A stretch of 64,000 nucleotides of DNA from a bacterium (GTDB lineage: Bacteria > Patescibacteriota > Minisyncoccia > UBA6257 > 2-01-FULL-56-20), in the NCBI GenBank assembly GCA_021780195.1, contig JAJXZE010000002.1, forward strand, positions 20,220 to 84,219, read 5' to 3'. Position 1 is the first letter of the stretch. Every line of letters starts with the position of its first letter. The notes under the pieces were generated by a model. The model saw nothing but the letters and a program-made list of their open reading frames with translations, was not told the origin of the DNA and searched no databases. Both the position numbers and the translations under genes were made by a program. Shown one piece after another: positions 29,710 through 39,755 of this stretch.

Positions 29710-31368
29710 TTATAGATCCGGCAAACGATAGCTCAGTGCCTCCGCGAGATGTTCCGCGGAGACATTTTCTTTTTCATCAAGATCGGCGATGGTCCGCGCA
29801 ACCGTGAGTGCGCGGTAATACGCGCGCGGCGAGAGAGGCGCACCGTCGAGTGAGGCGAGAAAGCGGCGCGCCCCGGGATCGAGGGCGACGTTCGCTCGCG
29901 CCTCCTCCGAGTTCATTTCAGAGTTCACGGCGCGGAGCGCGCCGGACATCTTCGCGAAACGCGCTTCTTGAATGTGCCGTGCACGGGCGACCGCCTCTCT
30001 TGCCGCGCGTGTCGTAATCCCCCGGCGGTCGTGCGCTTTCCCGCCGCGTCCGCCGCCCACGGAGGCGCCCCCGTCGAGATCCCGCGTGAGTTCTCCCACC
30101 GCCACGCGGCCTACTTTTATCTGCAGATCGATGCGGTCGAGCAGAGGCCCTGACACCTTCTTTTGATATTGGAGCACCTCATAAGCCGCGCAGGAACAGG
30201 CCTTTTCCGTGTCGCCGTAATAACCGCAGGGGCATGGGTTCATGGCGGCAACGAGCGCGAAGCGCGCCGGAAAAACAAGGCGATGCCTCGCACGGCTGAT
30301 GCGGATGGCGCCGGATTCGAGGGGTTCCCTGAGCGCTTCGAGCGCCCGCCGCGGGAATTCAGGCAGCTCATCGAGGAAGAGCACGCCGCGATGCGCGAGG
30401 CTTGCTTCGCCAGGGCGCGGATCTTGTCCACCTCCTACGAGCGCGATCATGGAGGCGGTGTGGTGAGGCGCGCGGAAAGGGCGGTGAGCGACAAGCGCGC
30501 CGCTTCCCTGTCCCGCCGCGCTCCAGATTTTCGTCGCCTCGATCGCTTCCCGCGGGGAAAGTGGTGGAAGGATCCCGCCGAGCGCGCGAGCGAGCATGCT
30601 CTTTCCGATGCCCGGCACTCCGGTGAGAAGAATATTATGTCCGCCCGCCGCCGCGATCACGATTGCGCGCTTTGCGCTCGCCTGCCCGACGATTGCTTCA
30701 AGGTCCGGCGGTGCGGAATCCGCCGAGCAGATGGTTTCTGATGCACGCGGCGCGGTACCCGCATCTGCATCTGCATCTGGATCCGCATCCGCACCTGGAT
30801 CCGCGTCATGCGCTCTGACGGACATTGTCATCGTGAGCGGCGCTCCGAGCAGGCGCAATGCATCGCTAAGTTTTTCGAGCGGGAATATGCCGAGTCCTTC
30901 GATGGCCCCCGCTTCCGCCGCATTGCCGCGCGGAAGAAAAAGATATTCGAAGCCGAGGTCGCGCGCGGCCTCGGCGATGTTCAGCGCGCCGTTCACCGGA
31001 CGCAATCTTCCGTCGAGCGCGAGCTCGCCGATGAAAAGTTTTCCGCGCGCATCGAACGGACGCATCTGTCCGGTGGAGAGAAGATAGCCGATCGCGATTG
31101 CGAGGTCGTATTGCGCTCCCCTCTTCTTCACGTCTGCGGGAGCAAGGTTCACGGTGATCCTCCGGTTCTCCCGGTTCGGCGGCCGCGCGCCGGAATTTTT
31201 GAGCGCGGAGTTCACCCGCTCGCGCGCTTCGTTCAGCGCCTTGTCCGGAAGGCCGACGATCGTAAACGAATGGAGGCCGACATTGATGTCGACCTCCACT
31301 TCGATGAGCTTTGCGTCTATCCCCTCAAGCTCCGCGGAATATACCTTCGAAAGATTCTTTGTGGCCAC
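29710..31368 (-). CDS. comM: YifB/ComM family Mg-chelatase-like AAA+ protein with internal D/A/P low-complexity insertion
   Basis: ChlI-type AAA domain and a C-terminal Mg-chelatase domain. The insertion is SVRAHDADPGADADPDADADAGTAPRAS. Confidence 0.85.
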   Translation of the reverse strand: MATKNLSKVYSAELEGIDAKLIEVEVDINVGLHSFTIVGLPDKALNEARERVNSALKNSGARPPNRENRRITVNLAPADVKKRGAQYDLAIAIGYLLSTGQMRPFDARGKLFIGELALDGRLRPVNGALNIAEAARDLGFEYLFLPRGNAAEAGAIEGLGIFPLEKLSDALRLLGAPLTMTMSVRAHDADPGADADPDADADAGTAPRASETICSADSAPPDLEAIVGQASAKRAIVIAAAGGHNILLTGVPGIGKSMLARALGGILPPLSPREAIEATKIWSAAGQGSGALVAHRPFRAPHHTASMIALVGGGQDPRPGEASLAHRGVLFLDELPEFPRRALEALREPLESGAIRISRARHRLVFPARFALVAAMNPCPCGYYGDTEKACSCAAYEVLQYQKKVSGPLLDRIDLQIKVGRVAVGELTRDLDGGASVGGGRGGKAHDRRGITTRAAREAVARARHIQEARFAKMSGALRAVNSEMNSEEARANVALDPGARRFLASLDGAPLSPRAYYRALTVARTIADLDEKENVSAEHLAEALSYRLPDL

Positions 31369-31420
31369 CTGAAAGTGATACCACAGAGAGGGTTAAAAGA
31401 ATGTGAAAAAACTTTTGCTT

Positions 31421-31753
31421 TTATTCCGCGAGTTTGCAATTCTTGCAGAGGCGGGATTCCGGATCCACGGCGAGCACGTCGTCCCCTATCCGCGCGCCGC
31501 ATTTTTCACAGATGCCGAAGTTCCCGGAGGCGATGTTGCTGAGAGCGGCATCAACCTCGTCAAGGCGGCTTTTGAGATCCTGAGCCGCCGCAAGGTGGTT
31601 GCTCATCTCCTCTGCTTCGTCGGTCTCTTCGTCAAAATGATCGACGTCATGCCCAAAGTCCACCGGTTTTTCGTCATTCGATATCTCCTTCATGAGGAGT
31701 ATCCGCTCGGCTTCCAGCTTTTTCTTGTATTCGGCAATTTTGTCTTTGTCCAT
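31421..31753 (-). CDS. DksA/TraR family C4-type zinc finger protein
   Basis: Coiled-coil N-terminus plus CEKCGARIGDDVLAVDPESRLCKNC. Confidence 0.8.
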   Translation of the reverse strand: MDKDKIAEYKKKLEAERILLMKEISNDEKPVDFGHDVDHFDEETDEAEEMSNHLAAAQDLKSRLDEVDAALSNIASGNFGICEKCGARIGDDVLAVDPESRLCKNCKLAE

Positions 31754-31817
31754 TGAGTTTTATTTTTATTTTGACGACGCTACCATGCTAACACATCCGG
31801 CAAAAGATAGAAATGCA

Positions 31818-32100
31818 AATCCGGCAATTGCCGGATTCTGAGATTTGCCGGATTGCCGGATTTAGAATTATTTAATGAAATAACCCGGTAAGGCCGATTT
31901 TCCTACTGCTAAACAAAATTGTTTAGCAAAATGTTTAGCGCTAAACACTATTTAAATGCGGCCGCTGATAAAATGATTTATTTCGATGTTTAGCGCTAAA
32001 CACATTTTAAATGTGTTTGCCGCTAAACACATTAAAAAAGACCATTTTAAATGATGATTTATTTCGATGTTTGCCGCTAAACACAATTTAAATGTCGGGA
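31818..32100. repeat. AT-rich divergent intergenic repeat array: 20-bp perfect palindrome AATCCGGCAATTGCCGGATT, three TTGCCGGATT copies, three copies of palindromic core TTTAGCGCTAAA (up to 18 bp), and an ~80-bp direct repeat
   Basis: Read directly: 31818-31837 palindrome; GTTTAGCGCTAAAC at ~31943, 31989 and (variant GTTTGCCGCTAAAC) 32069; ATTTATTTCGATGTTT at 31977 and 32057. Confidence 0.7.
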
Positions 32101-32522
32101 TAGAAGGCGAAAAGGTGGCAGGCCAATATCTTATTAAAAAAGGATGGGTTGTTCTATTTAAAAATATTAAGAGAAAGGGGGATGAAATTGACATAATTGC
32201 CAGGGACCCAAAAGGAACCCTGGTTTTTTGTGAGGTAAAAACTATGGCAATAAGGGCCTGTGCGACGGTGGATACAACATGTACGGATGGTCCAGCCGGC
32301 GAATCGCTGATGCCCGAAGACAATATGACTGCTTTTAAGCGGAGGAAGATGGCCAGGGGGTGTGAATTCTTCGCCAGGTCAAATCCCGACATGGTTGACC
32401 AGGAGAAGGGTTGGCGTATGGATCTTATTGCGGTCGATCTTCAGAAACTTGGCCCCGCAGGGCCTTGGAGCGCCGCGGCGCGGTATGCCGTGGCGGGCAT
32501 CCGGCACTATGAAAATATTTGA
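32067..32522 (+). CDS. yraN: YraN/UPF0102 family endonuclease
   Basis: GEKVAGQYLIKKGWVVLFKN...GDEIDIIARDPKGTLVFCEVKT matches the family core. The start codon lies inside the repeat array. Confidence 0.75.
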   Translation: MFAAKHNLNVGIEGEKVAGQYLIKKGWVVLFKNIKRKGDEIDIIARDPKGTLVFCEVKTMAIRACATVDTTCTDGPAGESLMPEDNMTAFKRRKMARGCEFFARSNPDMVDQEKGWRMDLIAVDLQKLGPAGPWSAAARYAVAGIRHYENI

Positions 32523-32656
32523 CATCGATGCTTCGCGAAGGATATAGTATTGGGTAGGTGGGGTCCGCTCGTGAGCGGACTTTTTTAAAGGAGCGCCACC
32601 TCATGAAGAGAAAAATATGAAGAGAAAAATTTAATAAAAATTTAATATCAATCAAC

Positions 32657-33991
32657 ATGCTGAACATAAAAGAAATGAGCAAGGCGCTGAAGCAGGTCGC
32701 CGAAGAAAAAGGGCTGGAGCCGAACAAGGTGCTCGAGGTGATCGAGACCTCGATCGCGGCCGCATACAAGCGCGAGTATGGAACGCGCGGCGAGGTGGTG
32801 AGGTGTAATCTTGATGCGGTAAGCGGTGAGCTGAAATTCTGGCAGATGAAGACGGTGGTCGACGAAACTACGGTGCGCTTCGTAACCGAGGAGGAGGCGG
32901 CCGCGGAGATGGAGAAGGAAAAAGAAAAGGAGGAGCGCGAGAGGAGAGGGGGGAGAGGGGGGAAGGGGGGCGAGATTTCCGCGAATGCGGGCGCGGGAAT
33001 GGGCGCGAGCGCGGGTGCGGGGACTAAAATGGAAGTCGTGGCGGAGGACGGCGAGGAGAAGCTTCCACGCTTTAATCCGGAGAGGCACATTACGCTCGAG
33101 GATGCGAAAAAGGAAAAGAAGGATGCAGTCCTCGGCGACGAGATTGCGTTCTCGCTCGAGATGCACGACGAGTTCGGACGCATTGCGGCACAGACCGCAA
33201 AACAAGTGATCCTTCAGAAGCTCCGCGAGTCGGAGCGCGATTCGATCCTCGCCGAGTGGCGCGACAAGGAAGGCCAGATCGTGAGCGGCGTTGTTCAGCG
33301 CTTTGAGCGGGGGAATGTGTTCATTGATCTTGGGAGGACGATCGGCGTGATGTTCGCAAACGAGTCCATCCCCGGGGAGCACTACCGCGCGGGCGAACGC
33401 CTGCGTTTCCTTGTGCTCGCCGTGCAGGAGGACACCCGCCTGCCGGGCATCATTCTTTCGCGCTCGCACCCGAAATTCGTGACGGAGCTCTTCCGCATGG
33501 AGGTGCCCGAGCTCGCGGAAGGCTCGATCGAGATCAAGGCGATTGCGCGCGAACCGGGCAACCGCACGAAGGTGGCGGTCGCGTCGGGCGCCGAGGGCGT
33601 CGACCCGGTGGGAGCGCTCGTCGGCCAGCGGGGGACGCGCGTCATGGCGGTGAATAACGAGCTTGGCAACGAGAAGATCGACATCGCGGAGTGGGCGGAG
33701 GATCCGGCGCAGTTCATCACGAACGCGCTTTCGCCCGCGAAGGCGGACAAGGTCGAGATTCTGCCGCGACGCGAAGCGCGTGCGTTCGTGCCCGAGGGCC
33801 AGCTTTCGCTTGCGATCGGCAAGGGCGGCCAGAACGTCCGGCTCGCCGCGAAGCTCACGGGATGGAAGATCGACGTGCGCTCGGGGTCGCATCCTGACGA
33901 GGCGCAGGAGGGAGGCACTGCGGGTATCATGGAATCGGACCAGATCCCGCCCCGGCCGGAGGATGACGAGAAAGAGGACATCGCCATGTAG
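32657..33991 (+). CDS. nusA: transcription termination/antitermination factor NusA with low-complexity insertion
   Basis: NusA N-terminal domain, S1 and KH domains. Insert [28 protein letters not shown]. Confidence 0.9.
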   Translation: MLNIKEMSKALKQVAEEKGLEPNKVLEVIETSIAAAYKREYGTRGEVVRCNLDAVSGELKFWQMKTVVDETTVRFVTEEEAAAEMEKEKEKEERERRGGRGGKGGEISANAGAGMGASAGAGTKMEVVAEDGEEKLPRFNPERHITLEDAKKEKKDAVLGDEIAFSLEMHDEFGRIAAQTAKQVILQKLRESERDSILAEWRDKEGQIVSGVVQRFERGNVFIDLGRTIGVMFANESIPGEHYRAGERLRFLVLAVQEDTRLPGIILSRSHPKFVTELFRMEVPELAEGSIEIKAIAREPGNRTKVAVASGAEGVDPVGALVGQRGTRVMAVNNELGNEKIDIAEWAEDPAQFITNALSPAKADKVEILPRREARAFVPEGQLSLAIGKGGQNVRLAAKLTGWKIDVRSGSHPDEAQEGGTAGIMESDQIPPRPEDDEKEDIAM

Positions 33992-34049
33992 GGAGGGCAG
34001 GAACGGGCAACGCAACATAAAAAGTCATCACTATAAAATATTCATCATC

Positions 34050-36050
34050 ATGTCGGCCATCACTTTTTCATTCGTAAGCAGTGCGATCGCGATCCTTTTT
34101 GCGTTCGGGCTCGTGTGGAGGATCTCGAAGCGGCGCGGAGGGGACGCCAAGATGCAGGAGATCGCGCGCGCGATCCAGGTGGGTGCAAAGGCGTATCTGA
34201 ACCGGCAGTATAAGACAGTGGCGGTCGTCGCGGTCGTGATCGCGGCCCTGATCGGTCTCTTCCTTGGGACGGCGCCGATGGTCGGGTTCATTGTCGGCGC
34301 GCTGGCGTCGGCCTTGGCGGGATATATCGGCATGTATGTCGCGGTGCGCGCGAACGTGAAGACCGCGGAAGCGGCGAAGTCGGGCCTTGCGCCTGCGCTT
34401 TCGCTCGCGTTCGAAGGGGGAGCGGTGACGGGAATGCTCGTCGTCGGCCTCGCCCTGCTCGCAGTCACGGGATTCTATGCGACGACGGGCGACGTGAAGG
34501 CGCTTATCGGACTCGGCTTCGGCGCGAGTTTGATCTCGGTCTTCGCGCGCCTCGGCGGCGGCATCTTTACGAAGGGGGCGGACGTGGGCGCGGATCTCGT
34601 GGGCAAGCTTGAGGCGGGCATCCCTGAGGACGATCCGCGGAATCCCGCGGTCATCGCGGACAACGTGGGCGACAACGTGGGCGACGATGCCGGCATGGCG
34701 GCGGACCTTTTCGAGACGTATGCGGTGACGGCGATCGCGGCGATGCTCCTTGCGAACCTCGCGTTCCCCGGTGTCGCGGCGGCGCTCCATCTCCCGCTTG
34801 TCGTGGGCGGCGTCTCGATCCTCGCCTCGATTGTGGGAGTGTTCTTCGTGCGCCTCGGGAAGAAGCAGTCCATCATGGGCGCGCTCTATAAAGGACTCGC
34901 GGCGGCGGGCGTGCTTTCACTCGCGGGTTTCTGGTTCGTCGCCTCTCACTACGCGGCGACGGGCGGCCTGGGCGCAGGCATCACGGCGGGCGGCCTCTTT
35001 GCGCCAATGGCGGTCGGCGTCGCGGTGACCGCGCTCCTCGTGCTCATCACGGAGTACTACACTTCGAAGAAGTTCCGGCCGGTGCGCTCGATCGCGCAGT
35101 CGTCGGAGACGGGCCACGGCACGAACATCATCACGGGGCTTTCGGTCGGCATGGAAGCGACGGCGCTTCCGGTCGTCGTGATCATCGCGGGCATCCTCTC
35201 GGCGTATGCGACGACGGGCCTCTACGGCGTGGCGCTCGCGACGATGAGCATGCTTTCAATGGCGGGCATCGTGATCGCGATCGACGCATTCGGTCCGATC
35301 ACGGATAATGCGGGCGGCATCGCCGAGATGGCGGGCCTTCCGGACGACGTGCGCAAGGTGACGGATGCGCTCGACGCGGTGGGGAACACGACAAAGGCGG
35401 TGACGAAGGGCTACGCGATCGGTTCGGCGGGGCTCGCCGCGGTCGTGCTCTTCTCAGCGTACGTACAGGATCTTTCGCAGAAGCTCGGCCACGCGGTGCG
35501 CTTCGACCTCGCGGATCCGAAGATCATCGTGGGGCTTTTGATCGGCGGCATGATCCCGTATCTCTTTGCCTCGATCTCGATGCGCGCGGTGGGGAAGGCG
35601 GCGTCGGCGGTCGTCATGGAGGTGCGCCGCCAGTTCAGGGAGATTCCCGGCATCATGGCGGGGACGGCAAAGCCGGACTATGCGAAGAGCGTGGACATCG
35701 TGACCAAGGCGGCGATCAGGGAGATGGTCTTACCGGCGCTTTTGCCGGTCGTGCTTCCGGTCGCGGTCGCGTTCATCCTTGGGCCGCTGGCCCTCGGCGG
35801 CCTCCTCGTGGGTTCGATCGTGACGGGTATTTTCGTCGCAATCTCGATGACCTCCGGCGGCGCGGCATGGGACAACGCGAAGAAGTATATAGAGGAGGGG
35901 AACCTCGGCGGCAAGGGCTCCGAGGCGCATAAGGCGGCGGTCACGGGCGACACGGTGGGCGATCCGTACAAGGACACGGCGGGCCCGGCGATCAATCCGG
36001 TCATCAAGATCATCAACATTATCGCGCTCCTCCTGGTGCCCTTCCTGTAA
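34050..36050 (+). CDS. hppA: membrane-bound proton/sodium-translocating pyrophosphatase
   Basis: Multi-TM protein with DNVGDNVGD and [12 protein letters not shown] motifs. The called ORF 33663-36050 overlaps nusA; the start at 34050 (MSAITFSF) is preferred. Confidence 0.9.
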   Translation: MSAITFSFVSSAIAILFAFGLVWRISKRRGGDAKMQEIARAIQVGAKAYLNRQYKTVAVVAVVIAALIGLFLGTAPMVGFIVGALASALAGYIGMYVAVRANVKTAEAAKSGLAPALSLAFEGGAVTGMLVVGLALLAVTGFYATTGDVKALIGLGFGASLISVFARLGGGIFTKGADVGADLVGKLEAGIPEDDPRNPAVIADNVGDNVGDDAGMAADLFETYAVTAIAAMLLANLAFPGVAAALHLPLVVGGVSILASIVGVFFVRLGKKQSIMGALYKGLAAAGVLSLAGFWFVASHYAATGGLGAGITAGGLFAPMAVGVAVTALLVLITEYYTSKKFRPVRSIAQSSETGHGTNIITGLSVGMEATALPVVVIIAGILSAYATTGLYGVALATMSMLSMAGIVIAIDAFGPITDNAGGIAEMAGLPDDVRKVTDALDAVGNTTKAVTKGYAIGSAGLAAVVLFSAYVQDLSQKLGHAVRFDLADPKIIVGLLIGGMIPYLFASISMRAVGKAASAVVMEVRRQFREIPGIMAGTAKPDYAKSVDIVTKAAIREMVLPALLPVVLPVAVAFILGPLALGGLLVGSIVTGIFVAISMTSGGAAWDNAKKYIEEGNLGGKGSEAHKAAVTGDTVGDPYKDTAGPAINPVIKIINIIALLLVPFL

Positions 36051-36158
36051 GGCGGGGACGGGCGGGCCGGACGGCGGGACGGGTTCCCCGGCGCGCCCCG
36101 CGCCGCGCTGGACGACGCGCAACGCGGAAAGTGTAGTAGAATATAAGAAAACAAAACC

Positions 36159-36755
36159 ATGGAATCAGAAGGCCAGTATCTCATCCCGACGGTCATCGAA
36201 AAGTCGCAGTTTGGCGAGCGGGCGTACGATATCTATTCGCGCCTGCTCAAGGAGCGCATCATTTTCCTCGGCGGCACGATCAATGACGGCGTGGCGAACA
36301 CGGTGATCGCCCAGCTCCTCTTCCTCGACCACGAGGATCAGAAGAAGGACATCAAACTCTATATCAATAGTCCCGGCGGTTCGGTCACCGCGGGCATGGC
36401 GATCTATGACACGATGCAGTACGTAAAGGCGGATGTCGTCACGATGTGCGTCGGCATGGCGGCGTCGATGGGAGCGTTCCTCCTTTCGTCGGGGAAGAAG
36501 GGGAAGCGATTTGCCCTTCCGAATTCGCAGATTCTTCTCCATCAGGTGATGGGCGGCGCGGAAGGGCAGGCAATCGAGATCGAGATCGCGGCGAAGCAGA
36601 TCGTGAAGACGAAACAGCGCCTGAACCAGTTGCTCTCGAAGCACACGGGCCAGCCGCTCGCGAAGATCGAGAAGGACACCGACCGCGACTTCTGGCTCTC
36701 CGCCGAGGAGGCGAAGGAGTACGGCGTGATTGACGACATCATCAAGAATTCGTAA
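36159..36755 (+). CDS. clpP: ATP-dependent Clp protease proteolytic subunit
   Basis: The catalytic Ser sits in GMAASMGAF. ClpP family pattern. Confidence 0.92.
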   Translation: MESEGQYLIPTVIEKSQFGERAYDIYSRLLKERIIFLGGTINDGVANTVIAQLLFLDHEDQKKDIKLYINSPGGSVTAGMAIYDTMQYVKADVVTMCVGMAASMGAFLLSSGKKGKRFALPNSQILLHQVMGGAEGQAIEIEIAAKQIVKTKQRLNQLLSKHTGQPLAKIEKDTDRDFWLSAEEAKEYGVIDDIIKNS

Positions 36756-37939
36756 TGAAGGCCGACCAAAAAACGGTCGAGGAAATTCTGTCCCGCGGCG
36801 TCGAGGAGGTGGTGGACCGTGCGCACCTCCGCGCGGCGCTTGCGTCGGGGCGGAAGCTCCGCGTGAAGTTCGGCGTGGACCCGACGTCGCCGGATCTCCA
36901 TCTTGGCCACGCGGTAGTCCTGAGGAAGCTCCGCGAGTTTCAGGACGCGGGGCACCGCGCGGTGCTTGTGGTGGGCGATTTCACGGGGATGATCGGCGAC
37001 CCTTCCGGAAGGAGCGAGACGCGGAAGCCGCTCACGGCGGCGGAGGTCCGCGCGAACATGAAGAGCTATCTCGCGCAGGCAGGGAAAATCCTCGACATGA
37101 AGAAGGCCGAGGTCGCCCATAACAGTTCGTGGTTCGCCAAGGAGGGGATCACGGAATTCGTGCGCCTCGCTTCGGCGGGAACTTTCCAGGAAGTGCTCCA
37201 CCGCGCCGACTTCAAGAAGCGCATCGATGCGGGGCAGGGGATCACGTTCCTCGAACTACTCTACCCGCTCTTCCAGGGCTACGATTCGGTGAAGGTGAAG
37301 GCCGACGTGGAGCTCGGAGGCACCGACCAGACCTTCAACCTTCTTGCGGGACGCCGCGTCCAGCGCCATTTCGGCATGCCGGAACAGGATATCATGACCA
37401 TGCCGATCCTCGAGGGCCTCGACGGAGTGAAGAAGATGAGCAAGAGCATCGGGAACTATATCGGCCTCGCGGACAAACCCGCGGACATGTTCGGCAAGGT
37501 GATGTCGGTACCGGATGCGCTCGTCAAGAAATATTTCATGCTCTGCACCGATCTCCCGAGCGGAGAAATCGAGTCGCTCTGCCGCAGCGAGAAGCCGAAA
37601 GCGCTCAAGGAGCGGCTCGGCTTCGAGATCGTAATGCTCTACCGCGGCGAGAAAGCCGCGCGTGCCGCGCAGGAGAACTTTGAAAAAGTTTTTTCGCGAG
37701 GAGAAGTTCCCGAGGACATTCAGGAGGTCCGCGTAAAGGACGCGAAGGTCGCCGCGCTCGATCTTGCGGTGGAGCTCGGAGCGGCGAAGAGTCGCGGGGA
37801 GGCGCGACGGCTCATCGAGCAGGGAGGATTCGATGTCGACGGGAACGCGGTGAAAGATCCGCGCGCCATATTGGCTTTCCGCGGGGGCGAAGTAGTGAAG
37901 GCCGGAAAGAAGCGGTTTTTCAAGATAAAAATAAAGTAA
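36755..37939 (+). CDS. tyrS: tyrosyl-tRNA synthetase (class I, KMSKS form, with C-terminal S4 domain)
   Basis: HIGH motif (DLHLGH), KMSKS, and an S4-like C-terminus. Its length (394 aa) favours TyrRS over TrpRS. Confidence 0.75.
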   Translation: MKADQKTVEEILSRGVEEVVDRAHLRAALASGRKLRVKFGVDPTSPDLHLGHAVVLRKLREFQDAGHRAVLVVGDFTGMIGDPSGRSETRKPLTAAEVRANMKSYLAQAGKILDMKKAEVAHNSSWFAKEGITEFVRLASAGTFQEVLHRADFKKRIDAGQGITFLELLYPLFQGYDSVKVKADVELGGTDQTFNLLAGRRVQRHFGMPEQDIMTMPILEGLDGVKKMSKSIGNYIGLADKPADMFGKVMSVPDALVKKYFMLCTDLPSGEIESLCRSEKPKALKERLGFEIVMLYRGEKAARAAQENFEKVFSRGEVPEDIQEVRVKDAKVAALDLAVELGAAKSRGEARRLIEQGGFDVDGNAVKDPRAILAFRGGEVVKAGKKRFFKIKIK

Positions 37940-38021
37940 GGCGGGCGAGTGCCTCGGCCGCCCACAGGTTATCCCCAGGTTTTCCTTGCGCTACCGTGCG
38001 GGAAGATTATAGTTATATCAG

Positions 38022-38100
38022 ATCGCTGACAGCAGAATATTCTTCTTGTAGCCCTCCTAGGCGGGAGGGATTTTGCGGCCATTTGGCTGCTGTCAGCGAT
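38022..38100 (+). terminator. nested inverted repeats after tyrS: outer 14-bp arms ATCGCTGACAGCAG/CTGCTGTCAGCGAT enclosing hairpin CCCTCC-TAGGCG-GGAGGG followed by ATTTTG
   Basis: Read directly. The inner hairpin plus U-tract fits an intrinsic terminator. The outer repeat is unexplained. Confidence 0.45.
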
Positions 38101-38165
38101 TGCGCTCTTTTATCGGTTTGGGCTCTCCTTGGAGAGCCCTTTCTTTTTTATGGAATGTCCGCATA

Positions 38166-38897
38166 ATGATTTTCATGCCCCATTTTTTCGTGAAAAGCTT
38201 TGAGGAGGATCATGCGACGAAGACGCTCGTCGGGACGAAGAAGAAGACCTTTCAAACCCTCGATAATATCCTGATGAAGGGGATTCTGCGCCCGAATACG
38301 AAGAGCTTCGGCCAAAAGCGACGCCTTAGTACGACTGTTTTGAGCGGCCGCTATACGAAGACCTACCGGCCGCAAGGGCTGATTTTCAGGACGAAAGACC
38401 GGCCGGATTACGTGATCCCGTTTGATCTTGTTCTGCTTTCCGATGCGGGGAAAATCGTCGTACATTACTATCGCATCAAAGATAATCTGCACGTCTATTA
38501 CAACCACAAGCTCATCAATGGCTATCAGGGATTCATCTTTAAGAGTATCTCTCTGATGGAAAAGAAATTCGTCTCTCCGGAGGGAGCATGGAAAGCGGTC
38601 AATGCATTCCGCGTTGCACACGGCTATCCAGCGTTGCCTCCGTCGAAGCGCCGCCTCGCCGCCTATAACGAAGTCGTATTCCAGAAGCCGATAAAAGTCG
38701 TTCCCGTGGCGCTCTTCGGCTACCGCGCGGAAACGAGGCGGCTTGCCCGCAAATATGGACTCCGCTATTTCAGATCGGCGGGGGAGTTTTATAAACGGAT
38801 ACGCGGCGGCGCGTCCAAAGGACAGGAGGGGCGTTGTTTTTCTTTCGCTGGAGCGGGCAAGGGGAATCGAACCCCTGTCATCAGCTTGGAAAGCTGA
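38166..38897 (+). CDS. hypothetical protein in a low-GC segment; 3' end overlaps tRNA-Gly on the opposite strand
   Basis: Long ORF, but AT-rich with atypical composition. The overlap with the tRNA casts doubt on its C-terminus. Confidence 0.35.
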   Translation: MIFMPHFFVKSFEEDHATKTLVGTKKKTFQTLDNILMKGILRPNTKSFGQKRRLSTTVLSGRYTKTYRPQGLIFRTKDRPDYVIPFDLVLLSDAGKIVVHYYRIKDNLHVYYNHKLINGYQGFIFKSISLMEKKFVSPEGAWKAVNAFRVAHGYPALPPSKRRLAAYNEVVFQKPIKVVPVALFGYRAETRRLARKYGLRYFRSAGEFYKRIRGGASKGQEGRCFSFAGAGKGNRTPVISLES

Positions 38898-38922
38898 GGT
38901 AATGCCATTATACGATGCCCGC
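38849..38922 (-). tRNA. tRNA-Gly (anticodon UCC), CCA encoded
   Basis: Folds as a cloverleaf with anticodon loop TTTCCAA. Nearly identical to the canonical bacterial tRNA-Gly(UCC). Confidence 0.9.
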
Positions 38923-39033
38923 GGAAGCAGAGCGCGGGCGCTCCCGCACCCTTTCGCCGCCGTCCGACGTACTTAAGAGTATCATCCAATCTTGCGTTTT
39001 TCAACCGGTTTTGCTACAACTTATGATATTGAA

Positions 39034-39627
39034 ATGATCTCATTTTCCCGCCGCACCAAGATCGCAAGTTCATTCGTGGGAATCGTGATCGTGGGATATG
39101 CCGCCGTCCATTTCGTGCAGGGAGGAGGCGTGCCGCGCGACTTTACGGATGCGCGCGAGCAGGGAGCCATCATCGGTCAGACCATCGTTAATCTTTCGAA
39201 CAGTTCAACGGCAAGCCTCGAGCAGGTGAATACCATGGACAACCGGGGGGACTATGCGGACGCGCTCACCCTCACGACCCAGCTCGTGAGCCAGAGTCAG
39301 GACATCCGCGACCAGGCGGTGGCCCTCTCCGCGCAGGTGGAGCAGATGACCAGGGCGCTTTCGGGCATCAGCGACCTCTCGGCGCGCCAAGCGGCGCTCG
39401 AATCGATCTCGAACCGACTCGCGCTCATCAATCAGCTCGTGAACTACAGCGCCGACCTCTCGAAGCTTCTCGATACCCTGCGCGCCCGCTTCTCCGGGAA
39501 GGGAGGCAGTGCGGCGCAGGTCACCGCGCTTGTGAATCAGGTGAACACCGACGTGAACGCGATCAACAACTTCAACGCCCAAGCCGGGCAGGCCATGGAT
39601 CGCTTCGACGCGATCATGGGGAAGTAG
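39034..39627 (+). CDS. membrane-anchored coiled-coil hypothetical protein
   Basis: N-terminal TM (IASSFVGIVIVGYAAV) and a Q/A/L-rich heptad-like region. Confidence 0.5.
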   Translation: MISFSRRTKIASSFVGIVIVGYAAVHFVQGGGVPRDFTDAREQGAIIGQTIVNLSNSSTASLEQVNTMDNRGDYADALTLTTQLVSQSQDIRDQAVALSAQVEQMTRALSGISDLSARQAALESISNRLALINQLVNYSADLSKLLDTLRARFSGKGGSAAQVTALVNQVNTDVNAINNFNAQAGQAMDRFDAIMGK

Positions 39628-39679
39628 CATTGTCGTTTACCTCCGGCGTTTTTTGCGGTATAAAGGCAGTACCCCGCGA

Positions 39680-39754
39680 GGGCATGTAGCTCAATGGCAG
39701 AGCAGACGTCTTATACACGTCCGGTTCCAGGTTCGAGTCCTGGCATGCCCACCA
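39680..39754 (+). tRNA. tRNA with anticodon UAU (tRNA-Ile2-like, would decode AUA), CCA encoded
   Basis: Acceptor GGGCATG/CATGCCC, D arm GCTC/GAGC, anticodon stem GACGT/ACGTC with loop CTTATAC, and T arm CCAGG-TTCGAGT-CCTGG. Confidence 0.75.
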
Positions 39755-39755
39755 G

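Noticed and set aside
31790-32100. Possible CRISPR array
   Set aside because: There are only 2-3 irregularly spaced copies, the repeats are themselves palindromic operators, and there are no cas genes and no uniform spacers.
31952-32392. 146-aa minus-strand ORF across the repeat array and the yraN start
   Set aside because: It is made mostly of translated palindromic repeats, overlaps the well-supported yraN gene, and has no ribosome-binding site or domain.
33663-34049. N-terminal extension of the hppA ORF (called from 33663)
   Set aside because: It overlaps the 3' end of nusA in another frame and is an Arg-rich translation. The true start is the ATG at 34050 preceding the first TM helix.
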